A DNA stretch of 64,000 nt from Myxococcales bacterium. GTDB taxonomy: Bacteria; Myxococcota_A; Polyangia; Polyangiales; DASUME01. Position 1 is the stretch's first letter; each line of letters begins with the position of its first letter. Below are positions 49,008-58,341 of this stretch, in pieces. The stretch spans positions 1,632,001-1,696,000 of the forward strand of contig JASGJH010000001.1 in NCBI GenBank assembly GCA_047601445.1, written 5' to 3'. The notes beneath the pieces were generated by a model. It did not search any database. It was not told where the DNA came from and saw nothing but the letters and a program-made list of their open reading frames with translations. A program made the position numbers and the translations under genes.

Positions 49008-52000
49008 GTGACGACACGAGCTTGCATGGCGTCAGCGCGCCATTGGGCGGCGATCTGCATTTTTGCGCTCGGCTGCAGCACCGCACCGGACCAGGAACCA
49101 GAACCCAAGGCTTCAACGAGCGGCAGCGGCGGCGGGACGACCGCTAGCGCGCCTCGCACTTCGGGCGAACCTGGTACGGTGCTCGCGGACGCACACGAAG
49201 CTCCACCTCTCCAGGTGCTCGGGCCCCTCGGCAGCGGCGAGCCCATCGATCTGGCTGCGTTGTTGGATCGCGCGAAGTTGCCGCACGACCAGAGCGTCCG
49301 CGTCTGGCTCGACGTCGACCACGACGGTCGCTTCACGAACGACGAGGTCACCTACGAGGGCGCTGCCACCCACGCGCTCGATGGCATTCGTCTGTCCGAG
49401 AGCCAACGGCGCTCCCTGCACCGGGACGACCCGCGGACCGTCAGGCTACGGCTCGCGTCTGGTGGACGCAGCTTCGATTTCGGCCTCATCGCCATGCCCC
49501 GCACACGGGCCGTGACCCCGATTCGCCTACGTAGCGGCCGCATCGACGCCGAGGCGCTTCCGGAGCCCATTCGCATCGAGAGCGGCCGACACCATGTCAT
49601 TCAGTTCGCCCGCATCCCCAGCGCCGACGAGAAAGCCGAGCTCGAAGAGCTTGGGGTCGCGCTGCTGGGCTACATCCCTGACCGCAGCTTCTGGGCGCGC
49701 ATCGAGGGCGAGCCGGAGCGCGTGCGTCAGACCTCCATCGCGGGCGGCCTCGTGTTGGCTCGACCTGCGACCGCCGACGTGAAGCTCGACGCATCGTTGT
49801 CCACGGCCGACGACGCTTCCCAGCAGCTCGCGGTGCACTTCTTTGCCGACGCGTCCCAGGATGAAATGACGCGCGTGTCGGCCCTCTTGGCGAAGGCGTC
49901 GATCAAGCGTTGGGAAAGCGACTACGCCGTCATCGCGCGGCCGAGCTTCGCCCTCGAGCAGCTCACCGGGCTCGAAGGCGTGCAGTGGGTGGAGCCCTAT
50001 GTGGAGGACACCCGACTCCACTCGGCCGCCGGCAATCTGCAGCACCGGGTCACACCGCTGAGGTCGGCACCGTACTCACTCGACGGAACCGGTGTGAAGG
50101 TGGCCGTGTTCGACGCGTTCTGGATCGACGGTACGCATCCCGACCTGGCTCCGCGGATCATCACCTCCGACCAATCCCTGCTCGCCAGCAACGGCATCCC
50201 GGTCGGAAGCCTCAATCGCGTCGGCGCCCATGCGACGCATATGGCGGGCGTGATCGCCTCGAGCGGCGCTGGAAACGCGGACGCCATCGGCGCAGCGCCG
50301 CAGGCGGTCTTGTACAGCTACCTCGAGGCGTACACCTACCAGAACCCGAATGCGACGATCCTGGCGCAGTCCAGCGCGCTCGGGTGGCGCATCATCAATC
50401 ACTCCTACGGGAGCGGCTATCCCTGCGCGGACCCGTCCACCGAGCCGTGCAAGAGTGATCCGCACTGGGCGAGCTACATCCAGCACGCGGCCGATGCGGA
50501 CACCTGGGCCACGCAAGCAGGCGTAATCTCCATCTACTCGGCCGGCAACGACGGCGCGGTCAAGCAATACCCGGACAACTGGCCCGACGAGAACTGGCAG
50601 ACGATCTACAGCGGCGCCGTGGCCAAGAACGTGATCGCCACCTGTGGCGCCTCCAAGATCGCCAACGCCGGCGAGACCTACTCGATCCGCGTGGATACCT
50701 CCAAGGGCCCCACCAGTGATGGACGCGTCAAACCCGATTTGTGCGCGGTCGCCGTCCCGGTGGTCGATGGCGGCATCGTCTACACCACCGAGCTCAACGG
50801 TGGCTACACCACCACGCAAGCGACCTCGGGTGCTGCGGCCCAGGTGACGGGCATCGTCGCCCTGCTCATGCAGGCGTACCGCAACGCACTCGGCCAGCCC
50901 GAGGCTCAACTGCCCCCTGATCTCGCGCGCGGCCTCCTGATCCACAGCGCCGACGACATGACCGAGCAGAACGCCTACCACGAGTGGTACGGCATCTTCG
51001 ACAGCCACGCAGCTCCTGGTCCCGACTACACCACGGGCTGGGGCTACGCGAACGCCCAGGCCGCAGTGGACCTTCTGCGTGCGAGCACGCATAGGGGATC
51101 GCAGCGCTTGTTCAACGGCCAGCTCCATGAATACGAGGTCACGGTGCCCGCCGGCCAACCCCTCAAGGTCACGCTTGCCTGGACCGATCCGCCTGCTTCC
51201 GTGGGTACGGGCCGCGCGCTCGTGAATGACCTGGATCTCAGTGTCAGCGAGGTCGGATCCGGCGCGACCTACTATCCCTGGGTGCTCGACAAGGACCAGC
51301 CCATGCAGCCGGCCACCACCGGCATCAACGTGGTGGATAACGTCGAGCAGGTGGTGCTCACCAACACGACCAACGCGGCCCTCACCTATCGGATCGCGAT
51401 CCGAGCTTCGGCGGTACCTCAGGGGCCCCAGGCCTACCAGCTCCTCACGGACTACGACCTCAGCTTCGACGGTCCCCCACCCGCGACCTTGCCTCCCAGC
51501 GCAAACTTCAGCGTGCTCTGTGCCAGCCTCGAGTGCGACTTCACGGACGCGAGCACGGATCCCGACGGCAGCGTGGTGACCCGCCTCTGGAACTTCGGCG
51601 ACGGCACCACCAGCCAGCAACGAAACCCCAGGCACCTCTTCGCGGCACCTGGCAGCTACAACGTCACGCTGACGGTCACCGACGACACGAACCTGACCGC
51701 GACGCGCAGCAGCGCCACGGGCGTGACCTCCTGCTTCACGGCCGTCAACTCCGCTCACTACACGGCCGGCCGGGCGACTCGCACGGGCTTCTTGAGTTAC
51801 ACCTACTACGCCGTCGGAAGCGGGACAAAACTCGGCGCGGCTAGCACCAGCACGTCGCTGCAAGGCGGGAATGGCTCCTTCGATCTCGTGTCGAGCTGCC
51901 CAGCTCCCCTCCCCGCTCCGCCCACCGTAAGTTCCATCAGCGCCTCGGTGAGCAACGGCGTCGTGACGGTGTCTGGCACGGCCTCGGACATCAACAACAA

Positions 52001-52382
52001 CGTGAGTCGCGTGGAGGTGGCCATCGTCGCTGGCGCCGCCGAGACCCGCTCCACCGCGACCGGAACCAGCTCCTGGAGTCGCAGCATCTCGGGGCTCGCC
52101 CCTGGCAGCTACAGCGCCTACGCCCAGGCCTTCGACAGCACGAACTTGATGAGTACCCCGAGTGCCAGCGTACCCTTCACGATCCCCGTCCCGACGCCCG
52201 AGCAGTGCTTCACGGCCGCGAACTCGGCGCACTACAGCGCCGGACGTGCCACGCGCAAGCTCCAGTTGTTCACGTACTACTACTTCGCCGTGGGCTCGAA
52301 CGAATCGCTCGGCCAGGCGAGCACCACCACCTCCCTGCGCGGCACGCCAGGCAACTGGCGAGTCGTAACGAGCTGCCCCTGA
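49008..52382 (+). CDS. S8 subtilase with PKD, Ig-like and two PHB-depolymerase-type substrate-binding domains
   Basis: VAVFD, HATHMAG, SAGN, DGRVKPDL, ATSGAAA; PKD WNFGDG; two C..NSAHY.AGRA..AVGS..LG..SCP repeats. Confidence 0.85.
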   Translation: MTTRACMASARHWAAICIFALGCSTAPDQEPEPKASTSGSGGGTTASAPRTSGEPGTVLADAHEAPPLQVLGPLGSGEPIDLAALLDRAKLPHDQSVRVWLDVDHDGRFTNDEVTYEGAATHALDGIRLSESQRRSLHRDDPRTVRLRLASGGRSFDFGLIAMPRTRAVTPIRLRSGRIDAEALPEPIRIESGRHHVIQFARIPSADEKAELEELGVALLGYIPDRSFWARIEGEPERVRQTSIAGGLVLARPATADVKLDASLSTADDASQQLAVHFFADASQDEMTRVSALLAKASIKRWESDYAVIARPSFALEQLTGLEGVQWVEPYVEDTRLHSAAGNLQHRVTPLRSAPYSLDGTGVKVAVFDAFWIDGTHPDLAPRIITSDQSLLASNGIPVGSLNRVGAHATHMAGVIASSGAGNADAIGAAPQAVLYSYLEAYTYQNPNATILAQSSALGWRIINHSYGSGYPCADPSTEPCKSDPHWASYIQHAADADTWATQAGVISIYSAGNDGAVKQYPDNWPDENWQTIYSGAVAKNVIATCGASKIANAGETYSIRVDTSKGPTSDGRVKPDLCAVAVPVVDGGIVYTTELNGGYTTTQATSGAAAQVTGIVALLMQAYRNALGQPEAQLPPDLARGLLIHSADDMTEQNAYHEWYGIFDSHAAPGPDYTTGWGYANAQAAVDLLRASTHRGSQRLFNGQLHEYEVTVPAGQPLKVTLAWTDPPASVGTGRALVNDLDLSVSEVGSGATYYPWVLDKDQPMQPATTGINVVDNVEQVVLTNTTNAALTYRIAIRASAVPQGPQAYQLLTDYDLSFDGPPPATLPPSANFSVLCASLECDFTDASTDPDGSVVTRLWNFGDGTTSQQRNPRHLFAAPGSYNVTLTVTDDTNLTATRSSATGVTSCFTAVNSAHYTAGRATRTGFLSYTYYAVGSGTKLGAASTSTSLQGGNGSFDLVSSCPAPLPAPPTVSSISASVSNGVVTVSGTASDINNNVSRVEVAIVAGAAETRSTATGTSSWSRSISGLAPGSYSAYAQAFDSTNLMSTPSASVPFTIPVPTPEQCFTAANSAHYSAGRATRKLQLFTYYYFAVGSNESLGQASTTTSLRGTPGNWRVVTSCP

Positions 52383-52449
52383 GCGTGCGAGCTCGTTCGC
52401 TTCGCACGCTCACCAGGCACTGGCGTCGTTCTTGCTGACGCTCTGGTCC

Positions 52450-53244
52450 ATGACCGAATGGGACGCAGGGGCCTACGTACAGCGCTCGGGCTTGCAACAG
52501 AGGATGGCGGTCGAAGTGCTGGCCTTGCTCACGCTCGAAGGCGATGAGTCGGTGCTAGATGTCGGCTGTGGCGATGGCCGGATCACGGCCGCGGTGGCAC
52601 GCCGCGTTCCTCGAGGGCGTGTCGTGGGGGTGGACGCATCGCAGCGAATGGTGGACTTTGCCCGAGCCCACCTCGAGACGGACCAACCGAACCTCCACTT
52701 CCAGCGCGCCGACGCCCGCGACCTGCCCTTTGAGGCCGAGTTCGACCTGGCTCTCTCTTGCAACGCCCTGCACTGGATCCCCGACCAGGAGACCGCACTC
52801 GCCGCCATGCACCGCGCCCTCAAGCCCCGGGGTCGCGCCCAGCTCCGGCTCGTGCCCGCAGGAGAGCGCAAGAGCCTCGAGCAAGTGATTGAGGAGACAC
52901 GTCGCAGCCCGCGCTGGGAATCGAGCTTTGGGGGCTTCTCCAATCCCTACCTGCACAAGACGCCGGAAGACTATGCCGAACTGGCCCGGCGCAGCGGCTT
53001 TCGCGTGTTGCAGCAGCAGGTCTCGGACAAGGTCTGGGATTTTGGTTCGCATGAGGCGTTCGGCGCGTTCGGTGACGTGACCTTCGCCGCCTGGACCGAG
53101 CGGTTGCCGGACGCCGAGCGCCACGCCTTCGTGGAGGACGTGTTGCGGAGATACCGGAGCGTTGCGATGAAGCGAGAAGGCGAAGACAACTGCTTTAGGT
53201 TCTACCAAATGGATCTCGCGTTGGAGGTCTCCTCGTCCCGCTGA
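52450..53244 (+). CDS. Class I methyltransferase (Tam-like)
   Basis: WDAGAY, VLDVGCGDG, SCNALHWI. Confidence 0.88.
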   Translation: MTEWDAGAYVQRSGLQQRMAVEVLALLTLEGDESVLDVGCGDGRITAAVARRVPRGRVVGVDASQRMVDFARAHLETDQPNLHFQRADARDLPFEAEFDLALSCNALHWIPDQETALAAMHRALKPRGRAQLRLVPAGERKSLEQVIEETRRSPRWESSFGGFSNPYLHKTPEDYAELARRSGFRVLQQQVSDKVWDFGSHEAFGAFGDVTFAAWTERLPDAERHAFVEDVLRRYRSVAMKREGEDNCFRFYQMDLALEVSSSR

Positions 53245-53320
53245 CGCGTCCCTCGCCATCGACTTGCCAGAACAGGCCTCCTCCAAAAGAATCGGGGCAC
53301 GCATGAGCGTGGGGAGTCCA

Positions 53321-54572
53321 ATGGCACGAGAGGATCGAGAGTTCGACATCGCCTTGTTCGGCGCGACTGGCTTCGTCGGCAAGTTGACGGCGCAATACCT
53401 GGCGAAGACGGCCCCTGCCGGTGCCCGCATCGCGTTGGTGGGACGTTCGCTCGCCAAGCTCGAGGCTACGCGAGCCGAACTCGCATGCCCCGCAAGCTGG
53501 ACCCTGGTTCGTGCCGACTCGCAGAACCTCGAAGACATGCGCGCGCTGGCACGCGACGCCCAGGTCGTGGTCAGCACGGTGGGTCCCTATGCACGCTACG
53601 GGTCGCTCCTCGTCCAGGCCTGCGTGGAGGCAGGAACGGACTACGCCGACCTGACCGGCGAGCCGCTCTGGGTGCGCGACATGATCGAGCAGTGGCACCT
53701 GGCGGCCATCGCCTCGGGCAGTCGCATCGTCAACTCCTGTGGCTACGATTCGAATCCCCTCGGACCTCAGCGTCTACGCGTTGTCCAGGCAAGCAACCGC
53801 CGACCGAACCGGTGCCCTCGAGAGCGCGACGCTCGTGGCCGCCTGGAAGGGAGAAGCCAGCGGCGGCACCATCGACTCCGGGCGCGCCATGTTCGAGGCC
53901 ATCGCTGCCGACAAAGCCCTGCGAGCCGACGTGACGAACCCGTACTTGCTCAGCCAGCAGCCGGAGCTCGAGCCCGATCTCGGCAAGCAATCGGACTCTG
54001 CACTGGGGCGTGCATCGTCGATCGATCCGAGCCTCAAGGGTTGGTACGGCAGCTTCGTCATGGCGACGCACAACACCAAGTTGGTGCGGCGTTCCAACGC
54101 GCTGCTCGGCCATGCCTACGGCAAGAGACTCAAGTATCGAGAGGTGATGAGCGCAGGCAAGTCCGCGCTCTCGCCCGCCATCGCGCTCGCAATGGCAGGC
54201 GGCCTCGCCTGCTTCAATCTCATCGGCCCGAGCCTCACCAAGGGGCTCGGCAAGCGCATCTTCGACGGCCTGGCTCCCAAGCCCGGAGATGGCCCCGACC
54301 AAGCTTCCCGCGACGCCGGCTGGTTCCGCAGCGAGACGTTTGCCCAGACCGAAAGCGGAGCACGCTACAAAGCGACGTGCGCTGCCAAGGGCGACCCAGG
54401 CTACGCAGCCACGGCCGTGATGCTCGGTGAGAGCGCCCTGTGCTTGGCCTTCGACCGTGACCAGCTGAGCACCGTCACCGGCGTCGTCACGCCCGCGGCC
54501 GTGATGGCCGAGCCGCTCGGACGGCGTCTGCGCGCCGCAGGGATGACCCTGCAGGTCGAGCGCCTGCGCTGA
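53321..54572 (+). CDS. Saccharopine dehydrogenase-like / trans-acting enoyl reductase, frameshift near 53755
   Basis: FGATGFVG, STVGPY, YADLTGE, CGYDS/IPSDL, GDPGY. Confidence 0.88.
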
Positions 54573-54683
54573 GCCCAACCGCCGCGCGTCTAATTCGCGG
54601 CCACAAACCAGGTCACGCACCCGCCGCCGAACGACGGCCCCGCAACTGGCTCGATCAAGCCGGCACGTCGTTGACTTGCGGCA

Positions 54684-54720
54684 TTGACACGAGCTCCACA
54701 TCGGGTAACCATTTGGTTAC
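54684..54720 (+). promoter_or_regulatory. TTGACA -35 element and ArsR-type operator GTAACC-ATTT-GGTTAC
   Basis: Perfect 6-4-6 palindrome at 54705-54720 immediately before the ArsR start. Confidence 0.75.
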
Positions 54721-54723
54721 TCA

Positions 54724-55047
54724 ATGAGCGCAGCACGCCATGCCGAAGCAGACGTCTTTCGAGCCATCGCCGACCCCACGCGGCGAGCGATTCTCGATCG
54801 CCTGCGTGCCGGCCCAGCACCGGTGAACGCCCTCGCCGCCGACTTCGATCACACGCGACCTGCTATTTCCAAGCATCTTCGCGTGCTCAAGCAGGCCCAT
54901 CTCGTGAGCGAGCAGCGTCATGGACGCGAGCGCCTTTATGCCCTCGAGCCCCTCGCGCTGCAGAAGGTGGCCGGCTGGCTCGAGGGCTACCGCGCGTTCT
55001 GGCAACGCAGCCTCGGCAACTTGAAGCGTCACCTGGAGGGCACATGA
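54724..55047 (+). CDS. ArsR/SmtB-family regulator
   Basis: FRAIADPTRRAIL, ISKHLRVL, GRERLY. Confidence 0.93.
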   Translation: MSAARHAEADVFRAIADPTRRAILDRLRAGPAPVNALAADFDHTRPAISKHLRVLKQAHLVSEQRHGRERLYALEPLALQKVAGWLEGYRAFWQRSLGNLKRHLEGT

Positions 55048-55821
55048 CAAAAGGTACTTCGGCACGATCCATCGCTGACCTGCACGGCGGCACCATCCTC
55101 GCGACCGTGGAGATCGCGGTCCCCCCGGAGCGCGTATTCCGGGCCCTCACCAGCGACGAGGTGACGCTCTGGTGGGGCTCGGACGACACCTACCGCACGA
55201 CCGGCTTCGAGTCGGAGCTGCGCGTCGGCGGACACTGGCGCTCCACCGGCGTAAGCAACGAGGGCAAGGCGTTCTCGGTGGGCGGCACATACCTCGAAAT
55301 CGAATCCGCCACGGCGCCTCGTGCAGACCTGGGAGCCCGATTGGGACGCTGGCAACTCGACTCGGCTCACCTACCTGCTCGACCCCACGCCCGCGGGTAC
55401 GCGCGTCACTGTGCGGCACGAGGGCTTCGCCGGGCGCCCCGACTCTTGCGCGGGCCACGCGGCGGGCTGGGAGCGCGTGCTCGGCTGGCTCACGGGACAT
55501 CTGCGAGCAGCGGAACCGCCGAAGCACTACTTCGTGGTCAAGCTCATCACGCCGCGCCCTTCCTTCATGGCCGACATGGACGCGGAAGAGCGCGCCGCCA
55601 TGATGGCCCACGTCGGGTATTGGACCGAGCTCCTGCGCAGGGGTCACGCCGTAGCGTTCGGCCCGGTCGCCGACCCAGCCGGCCCTTACGGACTGGGCGT
55701 TCTCTGCGCCCGCGACGAGGGCGAACTGGCGGCGCTCCTGGCGAAGGACCCGGCCATCCTCGCCGAGCGCGGCCTACGCCACGAGGTCGCCCCGATGCTG
55801 CAAGCGATGGTCCGCGAGTAG
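55044..55821 (+). CDS. SRPBCC/AHSA1 plus YciI fusion protein, frameshift near 55308
   Basis: PPERVFRALT..WWG, LVQTWE..GWERVL, then RPSF..MMAHVGYW..FGPVADP..DPAI. Confidence 0.75.
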
Positions 55822-56062
55822 CCGCTCACAGGTCCCCTCGCTGGATCTCTGACAGGTAGGTCGACCGCGTGCGCAGCCATCTGAGTTCCAGCTCACAGTC
55901 CGAAGGAACACCGCTGCGCCGCCCGACTGGCTGGTCGGTCGAGCGTCGCGCAAGCGGCGCGTTCGTCGCCACGTGGCGGTCGGCCTCGTCGATGGCGCAC
56001 TGCGCAAAGCCATTCCGTTCCCCATTTCAATCATGGTAATAGTCAAAAGGTTCGGGGGGAAC

Positions 56063-56503
56063 ATGGAAGGTCGCGTGGTGCAGGCCCATTTCGCGATGGC
56101 GCGCGTGGGCAGTGTGTTGGTAACGGCAATCGGACAGGGCGACCTGACGGACGACGAGATCGGCGAGATGATCAAGCGCTTCGACGTCAAGGACTTCCAG
56201 ACCTTGCTGTTCGCTGCGCGCGGCGCCGGGCCCAATTCCAAACAGCGCGGGCGCATCGCGGACTACTGGAAGAAGAGCTGGGCCAAGACGCCGCGCACTG
56301 GGTTGGTGACGGACTCCACGGCCGCGCGTTTCGTGGCCCAGGCGTTTGCATGGCTGCTCAACAACGAGATGAAGGCCTTTCCTTCGGCGGAGCTCGACGC
56401 GGCGGTCGCGTACCTGGCGAGCACGGCATCCGTCGCGGAAGTTGCGGGCGCCATCGCAGCACTGCACACCGCCGTCGAGTTCAAGCAGCGACGCGCGGGC
56501 TGA
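56063..56503 (+). CDS. Hypothetical STAS/SEC14-like protein
   Basis: GPNSKQR, GLVTDS, MKAFP..LDAAVAYL. Confidence 0.55.
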   Translation: MEGRVVQAHFAMARVGSVLVTAIGQGDLTDDEIGEMIKRFDVKDFQTLLFAARGAGPNSKQRGRIADYWKKSWAKTPRTGLVTDSTAARFVAQAFAWLLNNEMKAFPSAELDAAVAYLASTASVAEVAGAIAALHTAVEFKQRRAG

Positions 56504-56624
56504 GACTTCAGGGGCTGAACGGCAGCGCAATCAGTCTCTCAGGCTCCTCTCGTCGTCCCGCATCACGCCGTGGCACCGCTGCGGACCGTCCGGTCCACGA
56601 GCCGTGCCGTGGTAGCGTGGGGCC

Positions 56625-57158
56625 ATGCCCACCGAGCCCCGACTCTGCATTCCCAGGCCGCGAGCGCGCGGGCTGCTCGGCCTGGCGCGCCGGCTGTGGA
56701 CCGCGCCCACCAGCGTGCTCGGTTATCTCCTGGCCAGCCTGCTGGGCTGCGGCCGTGGTGAACGCGTCGGCGGTGAAGCCGTCTGCGCCTGGCTCTACCG
56801 TCTGCCTGAAGGACGCATGCGTGGGCTTGGTGCCATCGCGATCGGCCACGTGATCATCGTGGAACCTCGATTCCTGGCGGGACGAGAGGCGTGGGTCCTC
56901 GCCCATGAGCTCTCCCATGCCCGCCAGCACGACTGGCTCGGTCCCACCTACCTACTCGTGCACCTCGTCCTGCAGCTCGTGAGCGCCCTCGCCTCCCTGG
57001 GTCGGCGTCGCTCCGGCTTTCCGCCGCAGCACGCTTACAATCCCCTGGAGCGCGGTTTTCTCTGCGTTCCCTTCGACGTGTTGACCTTGCCGCAGGCGCC
57101 AGTGGGCGTTCAGGCCAGTCAGGTCTTACGAGCATTTGGACTGGCGGGGCCGGCGTAG
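56625..57158 (+). CDS. HExxH zinc-metallopeptidase-like hypothetical protein, copy A
   Basis: AIAIGHVI, LAHELSHARQ, YNPLE. Confidence 0.7.
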   Translation: MPTEPRLCIPRPRARGLLGLARRLWTAPTSVLGYLLASLLGCGRGERVGGEAVCAWLYRLPEGRMRGLGAIAIGHVIIVEPRFLAGREAWVLAHELSHARQHDWLGPTYLLVHLVLQLVSALASLGRRRSGFPPQHAYNPLERGFLCVPFDVLTLPQAPVGVQASQVLRAFGLAGPA

Positions 57159-57171
57159 TACCAGTTCGGCC

Positions 57172-57804
57172 ATGCGCCCCGTAATCGTCGTCCATGGCAT
57201 CTTCGACCCGGCGGTGCGCATCATGCCATTGGTGCATGCCCTGCGTCGTCGCGGAATGCCCCGCGTACGGCGAGCCCGCCTACCCGCGCTCGGCACCACG
57301 CGGATCGAGGTGATGGCCCAGCTGCTCGCGATGCGCGTCGCCCATGTGAAAGCCGAGTACCGCTGCGCGCGCGTGGACCTCGTGGGCTTCAGCATGGGCG
57401 CCCTGGTGGCCCGAGCCTACCTGGAGCTCGCCGCGGGCCACGAGCACATCCGTACCTTCGTCTCCATTTCCGGCCCGCACCGCGGCACCCTGACCGCCCA
57501 TGCCCTCCCGTTCGTGGGCGTGCGACAGATGCGCCCGCGGAGCGAGCTGCTGCGAGCCCTCGGCGACGACGTCGGCCATTTTCCAGACGTGCGCGTGCAT
57601 TGCCTCTACACGCCCTTCGACGCCATGATCGTGCCACCCACGAGCGGAGTCCTGAAAGGCGCCACCAGCGTGCACTGTCTGCACGACATCCCGGCCCACC
57701 ACCGCATGCTGCACGACCCGCGGGTCCACGACCTGGTCGCCCAGCTCCTCCAAGCGGACAACGGCGACCCGCAGCAGCGGGCTGATGTCATCTTGACGGC
57801 CTAG
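57172..57804 (+). CDS. Small lipase/esterase
   Basis: VVHGI, VGFSMG, SGPHRGT, DAMIVP. Confidence 0.85.
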   Translation: MRPVIVVHGIFDPAVRIMPLVHALRRRGMPRVRRARLPALGTTRIEVMAQLLAMRVAHVKAEYRCARVDLVGFSMGALVARAYLELAAGHEHIRTFVSISGPHRGTLTAHALPFVGVRQMRPRSELLRALGDDVGHFPDVRVHCLYTPFDAMIVPPTSGVLKGATSVHCLHDIPAHHRMLHDPRVHDLVAQLLQADNGDPQQRADVILTA

Positions 57805-58318
57805 GCGCGGCCGAAGGCGGCAACGGACAGGGCACGTCTTTGGGAGAGGGTTGACACTGGGCGACCCAGCTCCACGAAGCGCTCACACACTGGTCCATGA
57901 AGCGTTGAATGATCCATGTCACCTCGGGCTCCACCTGCTTCGCCCGAGCCGCGTTCCAGCCATTCATCGCATCGCCTGAAACCTCGAGCGACCAAGCCGG
58001 CCCGTGACCGACGTACAGGCTAAAGCCATAATTTCCGCGCGATACGTAGTTGCCCGGCGGTCCAAATCTCGCGGGCAATTCGACATGGAAGGAGCTGAGG
58101 TCGAGCTTCTTTCCGCAGCCATCGTCATGAGTCAGCTGCGCAGTGACCTGCTCGTAGCGTTCTTGAAGAAGTGATTGCATGCACGCGTGCGGCGCAGCCT
58201 GACCCGGCTGGAGTTGAAACGGCACGGTGATCGACCAGTGGTCCGGCGGGCACCCCGTGAGCACGACAGCCAGGGCGAGCGCGAAGCTCAGGATGGACGC
58301 GGGGCGGGCGCGCTTCAC
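57788..58318 (-). CDS. Hypothetical lipoprotein
   Basis: VVLTGC lipobox; directly downstream of the RCC1 gene. Confidence 0.5.
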   Translation of the reverse strand: MKRARPASILSFALALAVVLTGCPPDHWSITVPFQLQPGQAAPHACMQSLLQERYEQVTAQLTHDDGCGKKLDLSSFHVELPARFGPPGNYVSRGNYGFSLYVGHGPAWSLEVSGDAMNGWNAARAKQVEPEVTWIIQRFMDQCVSASWSWVAQCQPSPKDVPCPLPPSAAPRPSR

Positions 58319-58341
58319 GTGGAAAAGTGCGCGGTGGATCG

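Noticed and set aside
50076..52232. Long antisense ORF (also 1616-3082, 6027-7577, 11132-12583, 31684-33090)
   Set aside because: Shadow ORFs typical of high-GC codon bias opposite well-supported genes; no recognisable motifs.
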